NCBI RefSeq assembly: GCF_006345805.1
Contig: NC_042998.1
Coordinates: 68,138,001 to 68,202,000, forward strand
DNA from: Octopus sinensis
Taxonomy: Eukaryota
Direction of reading: 5' to 3'
DNA length: 64,000 bases
Part shown: positions 40,241 through 52,520 of the stretch, one piece after another
How the letters are laid out: every line of letters begins with the position of its first letter
Numbering within the stretch: position 1 is the first letter of the stretch
Notes under the pieces: model-generated
Database searches by the model: none
Seen by the model: only the letters and a program-made list of their open reading frames with translations
Told to the model about the DNA's origin: nothing
Made by a program: the position numbers and the translations under genes

Positions 40241-40954
40241 GAATCCAACTCCTTCATTATAGTCATACTTGAGCTCAAATGAGAGCCAATTGGCTACTGT
40301 GCTTAGCACAACCATCACTGCATGCACTCGTCCCCTCATCCTTCTGGAATATTTTTTTTTAAATACCAGTTATATAACGCAGTTGATTGAATCGACATCA
40401 CTGTGCAATACAAAAAAATACCATCACCTAATTTCTTAGCACGAAACCAATAATTAAATTTCCAAATTTCATTACACGGAAAATAATTTCGTTTTTAAAC
40501 TTTAACATTTCAATTTGGTGAATTATTGAAATACTCATGTGTAGGGGGAGTAGTCTGTGTATGTATTTAAAATACATTAAATGCTTTAATATGTTTACCT
40601 TCCTTAGTATGTATATATACTCGTATGTGCATTTCTTTCTCTCATTCCCCTCTTTGTCCTCCTATCAAAATGTGATTGCCTGAATGTATCTGTGTATAGG
40701 TATGTACAAGTATGTGTTTGAGTGTCTGGTTGTAAGTTTAGGATGGTATACATTTATGTATGTGTATGCGTTTCGATGTATTTCTTAAGTCTTTGTATTA
40801 TCGGCGTGTATCTGTTTATGTGAGACCGTGTGAGCGTCTCTTACTCGTTGTCTTACCATGTCTCAGAGTAGGATAAGTGAGCGTATCTACGAACATATTT
40901 ACATGTGTGTTTTGTCTACGATCTTCTGCTTCTCTCTTTTCTGCACGTTTGATA

Positions 40955-41011
<57 letters not shown>

Positions 41012-41044
41012 CCATGTTGGACCGCTGAAAACTAACACCCTTCT

Positions 41045-41132
<88 letters not shown>

Positions 41133-41428
41133 ATTCCTCCTATTCATTTCTGCTGAAGAGCGTAGGCTCGAAACGTAAAATACTTTTTCATTTTCCCGAG
41201 TATTAAACTAATACACTTGCTTGTCGTTCATACACCTGCCTTCGTCTTTTGTTTTTCCATAAGTCGTTTTTAGGTTATGATTTCTTTAGGTAGACACTTA
41301 AACACTAGGGCCTCTTAATACCAAATTGGTGCAGTATAATAGTATCCTAAGTCGTAAATTTGAAAGTGGTATATGCAGTAGCTACTCATGTACATTCATT
41401 AACTTGCATAAGTCAATATGAGCGACAT

Positions 41429-41645
41429 TAAGGCAGTGAGCTGGCAGAAACGCTTACACGCCGGGCGAAATGCATCGCAGTATCTCGTCTGTCTTTACGT
41501 TCTGCGGTCTAATTCTGCCGTGGTCGACTTTGCCTTTCATTCTTTCGGGATCAATAAATTAAGTACCAGTTGCGTGCTGGGGTCGATCTGATCAACTGAC
41601 CCTCTTCCCCAAAATTCCGAGCCTTGTGCCTAGACTAGAAAGGAA
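41429..41645 (+). mobile_element. SINE family A with probable target-site duplication
   Basis: Family A sequence; aatatgagcgacatt occurs on both sides (~41415 and ~41645). Confidence 0.8.
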
Positions 41646-41714
41646 TATGAGCGACATTTGTAGGTCCATGTATAATTATATGCACACGTACACACATACT
41701 CATAAAGGAATGTA

Positions 41715-42053
41715 CCGTATATGATGGCCCCTCAGACACACCTTTCTTACCCAAAAATGGTTTTAAAAATCCCCCTGCATCCAATGCACTCAATGTACGC
41801 TCAAAACTCGTTCAAAATGGTATTTATGTTTACAAATCGTGTGCTGCCATTTATTGATGAACAATCGCCTACGGTATGTTTATATCGAATGTGGATGCAA
41901 TAAACTGCTTATAATTACCGGTAATAACATAAAGTTATAGAGGTATGTGGAGGAATTAAAACATTATCTTAGTGGTAATTTATTTTACAAAAGTATAGCC
42001 TAGGCTAGGGTGCGTCCTATGCATTCGAGCGTGTTATAGGCCATCAAATACGG
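41715..42053. mobile_element. MITE, pogo-like
   Basis: TIRs CCGTATATGATGGCC and (reverse complement) CCGTATTTGATGGCC with TA target duplication; about 340 bp. Confidence 0.75.
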
Positions 42054-42451
42054 TATATACCACTTTACTACACAAACGTGAGTCTCTTTCTTTACTTTTC
42101 ATGCGAATGTGTGAACACCAAATGTAGGGCTGGTTGCGTGCATATGCCTACTCCAAGAACCTAAATTGAAGTATCTGTAGAGCCTTCTACAAACCTTCGT
42201 TCATTGTACCATAAATCGATTGGGTTAAGAATATATGGGACAATATGCTTTGGTATATTTGCGGATGTATCTGCTTTTTGTATGCTTACGTTTACCTACG
42301 CATATACGTACAATTATATGCGCGTATGTATAATCATATGTATGTTGGTATATATATATGTGTGTGCGTATGTGTGGGTGTTGTATCCGTACCTTATTTG
42401 AATTTTAAAACGTTATGTATGCACATGACTATATATGTGTGTGTGTATTCG

Positions 42452-42505
<54 letters not shown>

Positions 42506-43106
42506 TGTGTGTGAGTATGCACGAATGTATATATACATATATATGTATATATACATGCATGTATGTATACATGACATATACACGTATATACCTAGGTATG
42601 TGTATGTACGTACCTGTCGATAAAAGTATGTATTATAAGACATACACGTACGTGTGAACTTATGAATGTATATACGTGTGTATGTGTATGCATGTATATG
42701 GATGTATGTTAGTATTCCTGTATATATGTGTGTATGCATGTATGTATGTATGTATGTACGTGTGTATGTATGTATGTATGTATGTATGTATGTATGTATG
42801 TATGTATGTATGTATGTATGTATGTATGCATGTACATAAGTATACATGCATGCATATATGTATTTGAGTTAATATATTAAGTGCATGTATGTTTGTATGA
42901 ATTCATTATAATTCAATACCAAATATTGTAATTGTCTATGTTGGAGATGTTTCAAAATATTTTCAGATGTCATGCACCTTCATGAATTATTAATCACAAA
43001 TTCTCATAAAGCAATTTCTGATTTATTCTCTAATACTAACAAACACGATAATAATAATAATGTTAATAGTAATAATAATAACAATAATAAGAATAGTAAT
43101 GATAAA

Positions 43107-43157
<51 letters not shown>

Positions 43158-43158
<1 letters not shown>

Positions 43159-43712
43159 GCCCTGATGCAGTACCAGGCAGTGGCTCTCATGGCTTCTGAT
43201 CTTAACTGACTGGAAGTGTTATCATGTACATTGTTTTGTCTTGGTATAAAAGATGGGCTACAGCAAATATTCTGCTCAATACCACAGGTTTGCTTGTCAG
43301 TTGTTTGACCTTAACCAGTTGAGCATGTCCCTTAGTGGCTGACGATATGTGCATCTCTGATCACGAGCAGAAGTAGTGGGGGAGCATCATGGCCATGTGT
43401 TGAGAGGGATTCTTTGGAGTTTGAATGGTTCACCTCTGGAAACATAGGTGTTTCGTTCAACATCCTAAAGCAACCCTTATTCAGGGACCGTTTGAGCAGG
43501 ATGGGCTACTCAACCTGAAGAAAATTCTAACTGGGCCCCACCTGCAAGGTCATGTGTTGTTTATCTTGATATGAGATCACCATGTCGCGCACATATGGTT
43601 GTGATGCATGTGCCTGGTGTACCTTTATCAGACGGGTAGTCATGATGGGTATATTGGGCTTCGTATATTTTACCCCAGTGTCACTTTGATGGCATGAACT
43701 GCTCTCTCACTC

Positions 43713-43713
<1 letters not shown>
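43158..43713 (+). mobile_element. ~560-bp non-coding interspersed element (family D), full-length, between (TAA)n tracts
   Basis: Four copies in the window. This one starts TGCCCTGATGCAGTACC and ends CTCTCTCACTCA-(ATA)n. Confidence 0.85.
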
Positions 43714-43744
<31 letters not shown>

Positions 43745-43756
43745 TATCCCTATTTT

Positions 43757-43950
43757 CATGGGAGTATTGGGTTCAATACCACCCAATCTGAAAATAAACG
43801 TCTGAAAACCCTTAGAAATACCCTACAATCTGAATGTATTGCAAAAGTCAGCACCCATACTGCGTAAAGTACTGCCTGTCTGAGGTCCTTGTTGTGACTT
43901 GACAAACAGTTGAAACCCCCGGTAGACACAATATTTTCAGTCAACAACTT
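43757..43950 (+). mobile_element. 3' end fragment of an R4/Dong-type LINE
   Basis: GVLGSIPPNL...YNLNVLQKSA...ILRKVL resembles the C-terminus of the other R4/Dong fragments. (TAA)n and (TTA)n lie nearby. Confidence 0.55.
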
Positions 43951-44006
43951 CACGATATTGTATACTATGCGACGTCTATAATTATTATTATTATTATTAT
44001 TATTAT

Positions 44007-44482
44007 TGAGGGAGAGAGCAGTGCATGTCATCAAAGTGACACAGGGGTAAAATATACAAAGCCCAGCATACCCATCATGACTACCCGTCTGATAAGGGTA
44101 CACCAGGCACATGCATCACAACCATATGTGGGCGACATGGTGATCTCATATCAAGATAAACAGCACATGACCTTGCAGGTGGGGCCCAGTAAGAATTTTC
44201 TTCTGGTTGAGTAGCCCATCCCGCTCAAAAGGTCCCTGAATAAGGGTTGTTTAAGGATGTTGAAAGAACCACCTATGTTTCCAGAGGTGAATTATTCAAA
44301 CCCCAAAGAATCCTTCTCAACACATGGCTATGATGCTCCCCCACTACTTCTGCTCGTGATCAGAGATGCACATATCGTCAGCCACTAAGGGACATGCTCA
44401 ACTGGTTAAGGTCAAACAACTGACAAGCAAATCTGTGGTATTGAGCAGAATATTTGCTGTAGCCCATCTTTTATACCAAGAC
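44007..44482 (-). mobile_element. Family D copy, 5'-truncated, inverted relative to 43158-43713
   Basis: Reverse complement of about 43238-43713 with scattered substitutions; (TTA)n on both sides. Confidence 0.88.
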
Positions 44483-44502
44483 TATTATTATTATTATTAT
44501 TA

Positions 44503-45040
44503 TGGCGGATTCGGAGACTAGCAAAATCATCAGGGATTTCCCATTCCAAATAGAGCAGGTGCTTGAGCATAACAGACCGGAGCTAGTGGTGGTCAATAAA
44601 GTGCACCACATATGTTACATAGTTGGTGTTGCATGCCCCTTTGACCCACGAATAGTCAAGAAGGAAGGCGAATAAATAAATACAACCTTCTTAAGTACAA
44701 AATAGCCCGGCTATGGGAAATGAAGAATATGAAGGTAGTGCCAATTATTGTTGTATCCTTGGGAACAGTATCAGGTATGGCGCTGAAATCCTGAAGTGGA
44801 CAGACAAAGAGCTAAAGCAGATGGACAGTTAGTGAGGAAAGCTCCTGACGGTGCATGGAGCCCATCATCTATGTGCAGACACCGACGGCCTATACACGAA
44901 GAGAGAAAATGGAGGAAGGGGACCGATATGTATGTAAGACTGCATGCGTATCGTACTCGAGAGCTTAGTGAGTTACCTGGGCCAAAGTAAGGAAACCTTG
45001 CTAGTAACAGTTAGGAACGAGGGAGTATTTAGAGCAGAGT
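44503..45040 (+). mobile_element. Rearranged R4/Dong-type fragment (RLE endonuclease segment followed by post-RT segment)
   Basis: EHNRPELVVVNKVHHICYIVGVACPFD...IARLWEMKNMKVVPIIVVSLGTV is followed by RYGAEILKWTDKELKQMD...LYTKRENGGRG. Confidence 0.7.
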
Positions 45041-46608
45041 AAAGTTTAAAAGATACTTTCTTAGTCATTTTTTCCCTACCTTTTCATTCTCTGACAAATA
45101 CAAATATGAATTGGTAGAATCATTAGATTACCATACAAAATGCCATACGTTATTATTGTTCCTGTCTCTTGTGTTCTGAGTTCATTCCTCACTGAGGCCA
45201 ACTTTGCTCTCAACTTTCCAGAATCGATAAATTAATTATTCATCTAAGTATGGAGATATGTCGGAATCGATAGTTCTTCTGACGGGTCTTGTATTTGTTG
45301 CAACTCTATGCGTTCTGTATAAGAATATTTCCGGGATTCCACTGTCTTGAAAATCCCGGGGAATATACCAAAAAATTCAATAGGAAATTCACAGACATAT
45401 TCTCTTTCCTGAAAGTTTCCTGCTGCATGTCATAAAAGCTAATTATCAATTGCAGGACTGTTTCGAAGTGCTTGGGTGTTCCAACTAGCATTCTTTTATT
45501 CCATTTGAAGAGCGTTTACGAAGACATCTTCTCAGACAGCAGTACAATTGAAATAGACATTCCTCACACGAACAAAATCGACCAACATGATATAATCTTC
45601 TTTATGAAAAACAGACCGAATCTACAGAAGAAACGGTATTGAAATTAGTCGCTATTGATGGATTTTTCCATGAATGCTATCGTTAAAATTGCTTTTTTTA
45701 GAAAAGCTATTTGAGATAAACGTTTGGTTATGGCACAGAATTATTCTCATTTAACTCAGATGAATCAACGTCAATATGATTTGAAAAATATTGTGATTAG
45801 TGAACTGAAATATAGACGAACACTGAAATATTCAGGAGTTCTTTAAAGGAATATAGATGATTGCGTAATCGCAGATATTTCAATGCAAATGTACATTCAT
45901 CTGATAAATTCTGAAATTTAGAAATAATCCAGATTTATGCACGTTTATCTGTTGAGAAAAAAATTGAACTTTTCGAAAGAAAAGTTTCTGAATTCGACCT
46001 TGCTGGTTTAGTTATAACTAGTGGTAAACATCATGGTTTAATTTGGCATAAATTGAAAGTATTAATTGCTTCGCACACACTCTCCTTGATCTGGTTGTTT
46101 TTTTGGGGAGGGGTGTTGTACTGTTTACAAGGAAACTTAATTGAATTTTGATGAAGCTAGTAAGCTAATGGCCTTTGGAATGATGGTAACGAGTCTGAAG
46201 GTACTTTCAAGTATGATGATGAAAACAGATTTTCCTTTTAAAGTTAGTAATGCGATCAATAATTGCGGCAAAACTCCTTATATTTGGTAGTTTATTACAG
46301 TTGCATAACGAAATACGTTGTCCCTACCGGCAGTTAATGCTTTCGTTATTTATGTTTATTGTCTGTTCTATAATATCCAACCATTTGATCCTATACCCAG
46401 CGCACGGGAACTCCAACACTGCCAGCGATAGGTATAGAGGAAGGAAAAGCTTGTAAATAGCTGCTGTATGTTTGGTTATTTTTGGTTTATGCACTCACAC
46501 ACACGTTAATGCTTGAAATGAAATACATTCACTCACATTCTGTTTCTTATATAAACATTTTACTGATGTGGTCTCTCAAAAGTGTCCTTGTTCCTTTCTT
46601 TTTGTTAG

Positions 46609-46772
46609 AGTATGGGAAAATCATTGACATTTGAACAATCAGTGAGAGAAGCGATAGAAAGGAGCAGACGGCACCGATGCAAAGATCCACTCTGTGAAAC
46701 ATCGTTGTGGAAGGCACGACACGAATTAGACCTTGCTCTTCTTAAAATCGAAAAACTTCACTTGCAGCTAAC
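46609..46772 (+). CDS. GRIN2: GluN2-type exon, proximal cytoplasmic tail (not in the ORF track)
   Basis: Pyrimidine tract ttcctttctttttgttAG ends at 46608; donor GTAAGT at 46773. [54 protein letters not shown](T) is open. Phase 0 in and phase 2 out fit both neighbouring exons. Confidence 0.88.
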
Positions 46773-47099
46773 GTAAGTATCTTACATTGTTTCAATGACG
46801 TTGCAGTATTCCCAAAGCATTTCGATGCCCGGTGAGTAATAAGAAGGAAGGAAGTTATTTTCAGCTGAAAGGGTTGGCTCGAAAGCTCATATGACCCATA
46901 AAATGGTGTTACATGAGGCTGGTATAGATGAAAATGCACGAATATCGATGTTTCACTTCAATCTTATTGTTGTTGTTTTTGTTATTGTTATTGCTTACAA
47001 TTGATTTTCACTTCATTTGGTTTAATTTTCATAGCTTTAAAATCCTCATCGTCATCATTATCATTAGCAACATCTTCATCAGCATCATTATTATTATTA

Positions 47100-47175
<76 letters not shown>

Positions 47176-47176
<1 letters not shown>

Positions 47177-47442
47177 GAGTGAGATAGCAGTCCATGCCAT
47201 CAGACACAGGGGTAAAATATACGAAGCCCAGTATACCCATCATGACTACCCGTCTGATAAGGGTACACCAGGAACATGCATTACAACCATATGTGCGCGA
47301 CATGGTGATCTCATGTCAAGATAAACAGCACATGATCTTGCAGGTGGGGCCCAGTTAGAATTTTCATCAGGCCATGTGGCCCATCCCGCTCAAAAGGTCC
47401 CTGAATAAGGGTTGTTTAAGGATGTTGAACGAATCACCCATG
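47176..47442 (-). mobile_element. Family D 3' half fused to an R4/Dong fragment
   Basis: Matches 44007-44278. It adjoins the RLE-coding sequence directly at 47443. Confidence 0.85.
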
Positions 47443-48135
47443 GAATCATAATTTTCGGTTTCTTCTTTCACAATTCCAAGTGCTCCTACAATCACTGGTA
47501 TTGTAACTGTCTTGAGATGCCAAATCTTTTCGATTTCGATTAGCAAATTCTTTTACCGAGATATTATGGTCACAGGGTATGCTCATGTCAATCAATAAAC
47601 AGACTTTATTGCTTTTGTCTTTCACAACAATATCTAGTTTATTTGCCTTGATGGTCCGATCTATACATACTGGGAAGACCCAAAGAATAGTTACATTTTC
47701 TCCCTCAGTTACAACCTCAGAGTGGTGTTTGTACCATTTGTCAGCAGTTTTGATTTTATAATGCCGACACATTATCCAATATAGATATTTGCCAACTCTT
47801 TCGTGTCTTGATTTGTACTCTACAGGTGATAAAACTTTACATCAAGAGATTAGGTGGTCGACTGTTTTTATCCCTTTGTTGCAGTATTGGCACTTTGGAT
47901 CTATACTATTTTTCATCACATTGGCTTGATAGTTCCGGGTCAATAAGTTGTGATCTTGGGCAGTCAAGATAAAGCCTTCACTCTCTGCCTTTAGCCCTGA
48001 GCTCCGTAGCCACTGATGGGTGTGCTTCTGGCCTACATCAGCTTCTTTGCTACAGGTCACATATTTGCCATGCAGATGATTTTGTTCCCACCTATCAGCC
48101 AAATGTTCAAGCGCATTATCTTTGCTATTAATTTC
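47443..48135 (-). mobile_element. R4/Dong-type LINE C-terminal fragment (CCHC knuckle + RLE)
   Basis: LHGKY...QWLRSSGLKAESEGFILTAQD...CQYCNKGIKTVDHLIS; ILWVFPVCIDRTIKANKLDIVVKD...CLLIDMSIP; IPVIVGALG. Confidence 0.85.
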
Positions 48136-48171
48136 TTATTCTCTTTCTTCTTCTTCTTCTTCTTCTTCTTC

Positions 48172-48226
<55 letters not shown>

Positions 48227-48258
48227 TTATTATTATGATGATGATGAGGAGGAGGAGG

Positions 48259-48478
48259 CAATACGACGGGCGCGATGCGATTATAATAGATGTTTTATTG
48301 GTTGAACGATATTTCGATAGTTTATCCTGTCTTTGTGAAGCTCAAAAGGAAAAGTGGTACATAGAAATACGAAATTATAGAAATTCAAATACAAAATCTG
48401 AACGAGGCAACCAGCGTTCCCAGGTTGATGGAATGACATCATCAATCTTCAGTTTTCAAGTTTACAGCTGGTATAAAG

Positions 48479-48553
<75 letters not shown>

Positions 48554-51091
48554 GAAAATAAAGAAAAAAGAAAAAAACAAGAAAGTTGTTTCGGAAAAGA
48601 TCGATGGGTCATACTTTCGCGGTCCGTATGATGAAATTCTCCTACCATTTTATTCATGTATTCAGAACGTTATGTCAATAACTCACAAACGCATTTCTCC
48701 TCATGCATTTTGAGTACTGAATGTGTAGCAGATTGAGAATATTTTCTGAGAATATGCACTTTCAAGTCTTTTTCAAAATTGCAGCCGTTTGATCTAAAAT
48801 GTTCGGCAAGTTCTGTCGAAATACTATTATTGTGCCTGACGTCATATCTCTTGCCCATTGAATCTTCTGTTTAATTGTTCTGTTGTACAACCAACATAAA
48901 TCAAGTTCCCATCGTTATCACTCCATTGTCTAGCTAATAATGATTCTATTGTTATTAAAATGGCAGATAAGGGAGGCGACATTGTGATTATGGACAAATG
49001 TGAGTATATTTCGGTTTGTGAAGAAGTTTTAAGCGACAAAACGTCATATGAAGAATTACCTGTTGATCCAAACCCCAATTACAGAGAAGAATTTGATAAA
49101 ATAATTCTGGATATGAAGTAAAATAATGTCATTAATAAGACCGAATCCAGAATTTTACGGTCACAAAGAACACCTATATCTTATGGTCTCCCCAAAATAC
49201 ACAAAACGTTCGAAAGATTTCCTCCAATGCACCCAATTTGCAGCGGATATGAATGTTGCACATTCAAAATTTCGGAGTGGCTAGACAACTTTCTACGGTC
49301 TGTCGCAAAAAAATCAAGTTCCTATATTCAGGATACCTTTGATTTTGTGTCTAAAATCAACAACTTTTTTAAGCACCGAAGCCATGTTGAAAACTGTTTT
49401 TGGTAACCATGGATGTTTCTTTCTTATATCCCAATATTGACCACGATGAAGGGGTAGAAGCATGCATGGATGCCTTCGAAAAGCGGTCAAACAAAAGTAT
49501 TCCATCAAATTTTCTCTGTAGATTATTGAGGTTTGTGTTACAAAGTAACACAATGAAATTTGGACAAAAGTTTTACCACCATATGAAGGGTTGCGCCATG
49601 GTTACACTCATGGCAATTAATTTTGCTAATGTCTTGATGACAAAATTCGAGACACAGTCACTGAAGACATTCAAATCCTTACATGGTCATGAACCAGTAC
49701 TCTGGTTACAGTTCATTGATGAAGTCTTTTTTGTATGGGAAAGATCCAGGATAGTTTAATTGACTTCTTACATTTCTGTGAGCGTTACACTAAAATCTAT
49801 GGCTTTAAGTCTAGCATAAAAGCTGCGTCTAGTTTTTCAAACACTATCGTTGAATTTTTGGACACAAAAGTTAAGCTTTCTGGAGGCAGAATAGTTATTT
49901 TGCAAGTCACGTCATCCTATATTTACCTCCACCGCCACTCTGATCATCCACATCATTTAATTCGGTCAAATCTGAAATCCTAATTTTTGAGGATAAAACG
50001 GATTTGTACTGACATAAGGGATTACTAGAATCATGCAAATATTTTTGTATACCATTATGTCAAACGCGGTTACGATGAATCACGATTAAAGGAAATTGCA
50101 AATGACATAGCTAAGATTAGCAAAGAAAGTCAAACTTTCACACATAATTTTAGCAAAGTAAATTATGTGACAGAATTCCCTTGGTGATTAACTGTCACCG
50201 AAATTGCGCTGGCATTTACAAGATGTTGCATGAAAGTTAGCAGCAAGTTGCGGGAAAATATCCTCGCTTCAAGCATATATTCCCTCAGCCGCCTATTGTA
50301 GCCTTTAGACGAAATAAAAATATAAGAGAACTATTAACCCCAACTTTTGACTCCAAGAAAACTAACATTGGAGTTTCTGCACGCTATACCTTGAAAAACA
50401 GTCGCAAGAGATGTAAGCCCTGTTCATTGTGCTGATTTTGTCAGGAATCATAACAGAAATGTTATGACTTATACGGAATGTGGGACGTGTAGAGATTTCC
50501 ATTTGGAGTACGCAGCAGAATGCACCAAACACAACTTGGTTTATGTTGGTTGTACAACTGAACAATTAGACAAAAGGTTCAATGGTCACAGATTCAACGT
50601 CAGGCAAAATAACAGTAGTTCGACAGAACTTGCCGAACATTTCGTTTCAAACGGCCGCAATTTTGAAAAAGACTTGAAAGTGCCTATTCTCAGAAAATAT
50701 TCTCAATCTGCTACGTTCTCAGTCCTCAAAATGCATGAGAAGAAATATACTTGGGAGTTAACATCACGCTCTAGAGGGATAAATAAAATGACAGAATATC
50801 ATCATACTTACACAAAACTTTGATTAAATATTCTGCTTTTTTCTGTTCTTTTCTTTTATCTCTTTTTTTCTCCTTTTTACCAGTTGTAAATTTTAAAATG
50901 TTTACATTTTCTGATTGTGTCATTCCATCAATGTGGGAACGCTGGTTGCCTCGTTCAAACTTTGCATTTGAATTTCTACAATTTTGAATTTCTATATATC
51001 ACTTTTCATTTTGAACTCGACAAGAGCTAGCTGTCGAAATATCGTTCAACCTATAAAACATCTATGGCAATCGCATCGCCCTCTTCGTATT
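48259..51091 (+). mobile_element. Decayed Penelope-like element (RT + GIY-YIG) preceded by an inverted copy of its own 3' end
   Basis: Plus strand: IVIKMADKGGDIVIMD (~48945), LVTMDVSFLYPNI, GCAM...NFANVLM, WLQFIDEVFFVW, EFLDT, PPIVAFRRNKNI and NLVYVGCTTEQLDKRFNGHR...LAEHF. 48259-48907 is the reverse complement of about 50534-51091, with a (GAAA)n expansion. Confidence 0.92.
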
Positions 51092-51144
51092 GTCTATTTA
51101 CCTTTGTGACGAATTACGTCAATCCTTTTCAAATATTATTTTAA

Positions 51145-51180
<36 letters not shown>

Positions 51181-51224
51181 TATTATTATTATTATTATTA
51201 TTATTATCATCATTATTATTATTT

Positions 51225-51718
51225 AGTGCATGCCATCAAGGTGACACTAGGGTAAAACATACGAAGCCCATCATGACTACCCATCCGATAAGGGTACACC
51301 AGGCACATGCATCACAACTATAAGTGCAGGACATGGTGATTTCATATCAAGATAAAAAGTGCATGACCTTGCAGGTGGGGCCCAGTCAGAATTTTTTTCA
51401 GGCTGAGTAGACTATCCCGCTCAAAAGGTCCCTATTTCCAGAGATGAATTTTCCAAGCTCCAAAGAATTCCTCTCAACACATGGCTATGATGCTCCTCCG
51501 CTACTTCTGCTCGTGAGTAGAGATGCGCATATCGTCAGCCACTAAGGGAAGTGCTCAGCTGGTTAAGATCAAACAACTGACAAGTAAATCTGTGGTATTG
51601 AGCCGAATATTTACTGTAGCTTTCTTTTATACCAAGACAAAAGAATGTACGTGATAACACTTCCAATCAGTTACGATCAGAAGCCATGAGAGCCACTGCT
51701 TGGTACTGCATCAGGGCA
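51225..51718 (-). mobile_element. Family D copy, near full-length, more diverged
   Basis: Same 5' terminus (ggtactgcatcagggca) as the 43158 copy; small internal deletions; (TTA)n flanks. Confidence 0.85.
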
Positions 51719-51779
51719 CTATTATAATCATTATTATTATTCATATACACAATAGATTATACTGTTAGAAAAGAAAAGA

Positions 51780-51995
51780 TCTTAACATCGGGCTACAGCA
51801 CTTTAATTTAGATGCCAAGAACCCTCCTAAGTATCTTAGCTGTCCCTAATAACAATGTTTTCTGGAACCATACTAAACTGGGTTTTGTGCTTATTTCCTT
51901 TATCCATCTGTTTAAATCTTTAGGGATAGTTCTCAATGCGCCTATAACTACAGGTATATATTTTACCCGCACTTTCCATAGTCTCTGTGTAATTC
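51780..51995 (-). mobile_element. 3' end of an R4/Dong-type LINE
   Basis: LWKVRVKYIPVVIGALRTIPKDLNRWI...FQKTLLLGTAKILRRVLGI*. Confidence 0.7.
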
Positions 51996-52088
51996 AATGG
52001 CTAGGTACTTTGCTTATTCTTATTCTTATTCTTCTTATTCTTATTCTTATTCTTCTTCTTATTATTATTATTATTATCATTATTATTA

Positions 52089-52155
<67 letters not shown>

Positions 52156-52156
52156 G

Positions 52157-52520
52157 CCTTTGCACAGCTACTAACGCTGGAGATGCACTACAGTGTCACC
52201 TGTTCACTACCAGTGAACTAAGGTAACACCTCTAAGTTTTCGAGTACCCTTCGGACTATTCGAGCAGTTCCAAGCAGTGCTGTTTTCTGCAAGTACTCCA
52301 TCCTTATTACTGCCCCAATTTGTTCCACGTACTTCTCGAAATTTTTGCTCACTGTTCCCAGGGCTCCGACAATTATTAGTACTACTGCTACCTTTTTCAT
52401 CGACTACAATTGCTTAACTTCCCAAGCTAATCTATCATATCTCTCAACTTTTCTTTCTTCCTTATCGCATACCTTGTTGTCAGTAGGGCATGCTATATCT
52501 ATGATCCAGCATAGTTTGTT
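52157..52520 (-). mobile_element. 3' end of an R4/Dong-type LINE (RLE domain) between (TAA)n tracts
   Basis: KPDVVLIEKENKLCWIIDIACPTD...VLIIVGALGTVSKNFEKYVEQIG...LQKTALLGTARIVRRVLE. The 3' UTR runs into (TAA)n. Confidence 0.85.
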
